The position numbers and the translations under genes were made by a program. A model generated the notes under the pieces. It made no database searches. It was not told the DNA's origin and was given only the letters and a program-made list of their open reading frames with translations. Shown here in pieces: positions 61,804 through 64,000 of a DNA stretch of 64,000 nucleotides; positions within the stretch are counted from its first letter, which is position 1; the number at the start of each line of letters is the position of its first letter. This DNA comes from Planctomycetota bacterium (GTDB lineage: Bacteria > Planctomycetota > B15-G4). Where the stretch lies: contig JBBQUR010000004.1 in the NCBI GenBank assembly GCA_038212275.1, positions 32,001-96,000 on the forward strand. The letters are read 5' to 3'.

Positions 61804-61894
61804 GATACTCCCCGAGCCGCGCAGGCAGCGCGCGGCGGTTCATCACAAGCCATGACCCGCGGCGGCGGGGGTGGCCCCAGGGAGGTTCAGCGCA

Positions 61895-62371
61895 TTGCGC
61901 TGTCCATACTGCAAGGCGAACAACGACCGGGTCATGGACTCACGCACCTCGGGCGAGGCAGACGTGATCCGGCGCCGCCGGGAGTGCCTGGAGTGCAAGG
62001 GCCGCTTCACGACCTACGAGAAAGTGGGCGAGATGCCGCTGCGCGTCGTGAAGAAGGACGGCACACGCGTGCCCTTCGACCGCGACAAGATCCTCCACGG
62101 CATGCTGGCCGCCTGCGAGAAGCGCCCGGTCTCCACCGAGACCCTCGAACGGATCGTGTCCAACATCGAGAGCCAGCTGCACGAGATGTTCGACAAGGAA
62201 GTGGCGAGCAAGTACATCGGCCACCTCGTCATGGAGGCCCTGCGCGAACTGGATCAGGTGGCGTACGTGCGCTTCGCCTCGGTCTACCGCGAGTTCAAGG
62301 ACGTCAACCAGTTCCTCGACGAACTCAAACCCCTGCTGGGAGGGGCGGGCCATGGTGCGCCGGAGTCCTGA
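61895..62371 (+). CDS. nrdR: Transcriptional repressor NrdR
   Basis: SD GGAGG then TTG; RCPYC, VMDSR, IRRRRECLECKGRFTTYE, VVKKDG, LDQVAYVRFASVYREF. Confidence 0.97.
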   Translation: MRCPYCKANNDRVMDSRTSGEADVIRRRRECLECKGRFTTYEKVGEMPLRVVKKDGTRVPFDRDKILHGMLAACEKRPVSTETLERIVSNIESQLHEMFDKEVASKYIGHLVMEALRELDQVAYVRFASVYREFKDVNQFLDELKPLLGGAGHGAPES

Positions 62372-64000
62372 CAACGAGGCGCGCCTCGTGGTGCGCAAGC
62401 GCGACGGGCGCCAGGTGCCCTTCGACCCCGAGCGCCTGCTGCAGTCGATGCAGCGCGCCCTCGCGGCGACGGGGCGCTTCGAGCCGTCGCTCGCTGCAGA
62501 CCTGCGAGGAGTCATCGAGACCTACCTCGCGGACCAGGCGCGCCAGAACCACGCAGGCCGCGTGGGGCTCGTGACAGCGGACGCGATTGCCGAGCTGGCG
62601 CAGGAGGTGCTGCGCGGCGCGGGCTGTGAACCCGCGGCGCAGGTCTATCGCGCCGCGCGCGACGAACGAGCGCGGGCCCGCGGCCTGCTGCGCATTCGCG
62701 CGACGGCGGCGCACGATCCCGTCCGGGCCATTCCGCCGGGTCTGCTCGGCGGTCCGTCCGGCGCTGGCGACGCGAGCGATGAAGATGCCGACACCGGCGG
62801 CGTGGTCGCGCCCGCTCGCGAGTTTCGCGGCGGCGGCGATGTCCGCTGCGAAGATTCCGAGGCCTGGAGCAAGGGCCGCGTCGCCGCGCTGCTGGCCCAG
62901 GCGACGGACCTCGCGCCCGGCGTCGTGGACGCCGTCGCCGCCGAGGTCGAGCGCGGGCTCTTCGCGTCCGGCCTGCGCAGCATCGGCGCAGCCCTGCTGC
63001 GCGAATGGGTCGACAACGAACTCGTGCTGCGCGGGCATCCGCCGCGGCTCGGCAAGCACCGCTTCGTCGGGCTCGCGCCGCACGAACTGCGCGGCATCCT
63101 TGCCGACGGCGCGGCTGTCCGATCCGCCGAGACCGAGGTCAGCCGCCGGCTGTTCACGCGCTATGCGCTGGCCGAGGTCTTTCCGTCCGATGCGTGCCGG
63201 GCGCACGAGCAGGGGCTCATCGGGCTGGAGAACCTCGGCTCCTGCGGGCGCCTCGACAGCGTCACGCTGGCGCCGTGGCACGCGCCGGCTTTCGCGGGCG
63301 TGGCCGATCCGCGCGAACGCCTTGCCGCCCTCGGGCCGCAGCTGCGCACGCTGGCCAACCTGCTCTCGCGCGAGGTCCTGCTCGACTGGGATGGCCCGGC
63401 GCTGGGGAGCCTGGCGCTCTCCGATCTGCTGCTGCACCTTGCGGAGGTGGCGCCGGTGCATGCCGGGGGCGCGCGCATCGTGTTCTGCATCCGGCCCGAA
63501 CACGCCGGGAGCGCGGAGGCCTTCCTGGATGCACTGTCCATCCTGCGGCGCGGGACGTTGCCGCGGCCGGCGTTGCTGCCGTGCGTGCGCCTTCCGGTGG
63601 CCGCACTGTCCGCCGACCTGCTGGCGCAGGCTGTCGCCGCCGAGGCCGTCGATGATCGGCTGCAGTTCGCCGCGACCGCGCCGCCGCACGGTGTCGTGAG
63701 CGCCTCGGTGGCCGTCAATGTGGCGCGCCTCGCGCTGGGCTGTGGCCCGCGACGCGTCCACGAGTTCCTGGCAGGCCTCGAGGCCGCCACGGACCTGGCG
63801 CTCGGCGCGCTGGCCGCCCAGGACGCGCTCATGGGGGACGGCGATGCGCCGGCCCAGCTCCTGCTTCGTGCGACGGGCCTGTCGGCCGCGCAACTGCCCC
63901 GTCGGCGCCGACTCGCGTTGGCCGGCGTGAACGAGGCGGCGCAACTCCTGCTGGGAGACGGGCCTCGCGGCCGGGCCAATCGCATCGACCTGGCCGCGGC
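62352..64000 (+). CDS. Double ATP-cone, class III ribonucleotide reductase (NrdD)-like protein, apparently degenerate; runs off the window
   Basis: Hand translation is open from ATG62352 to the window end: VRKRDGRQVPFDPERL; WSKGRVAALL...EVERGLF...LLREWVDNEL; YALAEVFP...AHEQGLIGLENLG; VAVNVARLAL; LAGVNEAAQ. Confidence 0.75.
   Translation, partial: MVRRSPDNEARLVVRKRDGRQVPFDPERLLQSMQRALAATGRFEPSLAADLRGVIETYLADQARQNHAGRVGLVTADAIAELAQEVLRGAGCEPAAQVYRAARDERARARGLLRIRATAAHDPVRAIPPGLLGGPSGAGDASDEDADTGGVVAPAREFRGGGDVRCEDSEAWSKGRVAALLAQATDLAPGVVDAVAAEVERGLFASGLRSIGAALLREWVDNELVLRGHPPRLGKHRFVGLAPHELRGILADGAAVRSAETEVSRRLFTRYALAEVFPSDACRAHEQGLIGLENLGSCGRLDSVTLAPWHAPAFAGVADPRERLAALGPQLRTLANLLSREVLLDWDGPALGSLALSDLLLHLAEVAPVHAGGARIVFCIRPEHAGSAEAFLDALSILRRGTLPRPALLPCVRLPVAALSADLLAQAVAAEAVDDRLQFAATAPPHGVVSASVAVNVARLALGCGPRRVHEFLAGLEAATDLALGALAAQDALMGDGDAPAQLLLRATGLSAAQLPRRRRLALAGVNEAAQLLLGDGPRGRANRIDLAA

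Overview
GC-rich bacterial chromosomal segment, inferred to be Planctomycetota from DUF1570-like proteins, an ECF sigma/Ser-Thr kinase pair, the groEL-groES-groEL-dnaJ-grpE order and many secreted HEAT/FG-GAP proteins. It holds about 48 CDS and one tRNA-Pro(GGG); I saw no integrase, transposase or CRISPR array. Main blocks are: polyphosphate genes (ppx, ppk1, sixA); cstA-terC; mltA; a type II (archaeal-like) methionine aminopeptidase; a duplicated 'small exported protein + HEXXH metalloprotease' module; GT-C and O-antigen-ligase-like membrane proteins; two DUF1570-like proteins; a chaperone operon; two alkaline-phosphatase-superfamily paralogs; radC; yidC-(4 sugar genes)-mnmE; a kinase plus periplasmic binding protein; and nrdR. 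Best leads: (1) an ORF missing from the ORF track (62352 to the window end) that overlaps nrdR and looks like a double-ATP-cone class III ribonucleotide reductase homolog without the catalytic Cys loop; (2) a shared ~120-aa C-terminal domain on two unrelated secreted proteins, a possible sorting signal; (3) a pseudokinase next to an ECF sigma factor; (4) a sigma54-type promoter with paired TGCCA-N3-TGGC(A/G) palindromes upstream of groEL; (5) a repeated ECF-type leaderless promoter; (6) a probable ATT start codon. All family assignments come from motif recognition by eye, not from database searches.
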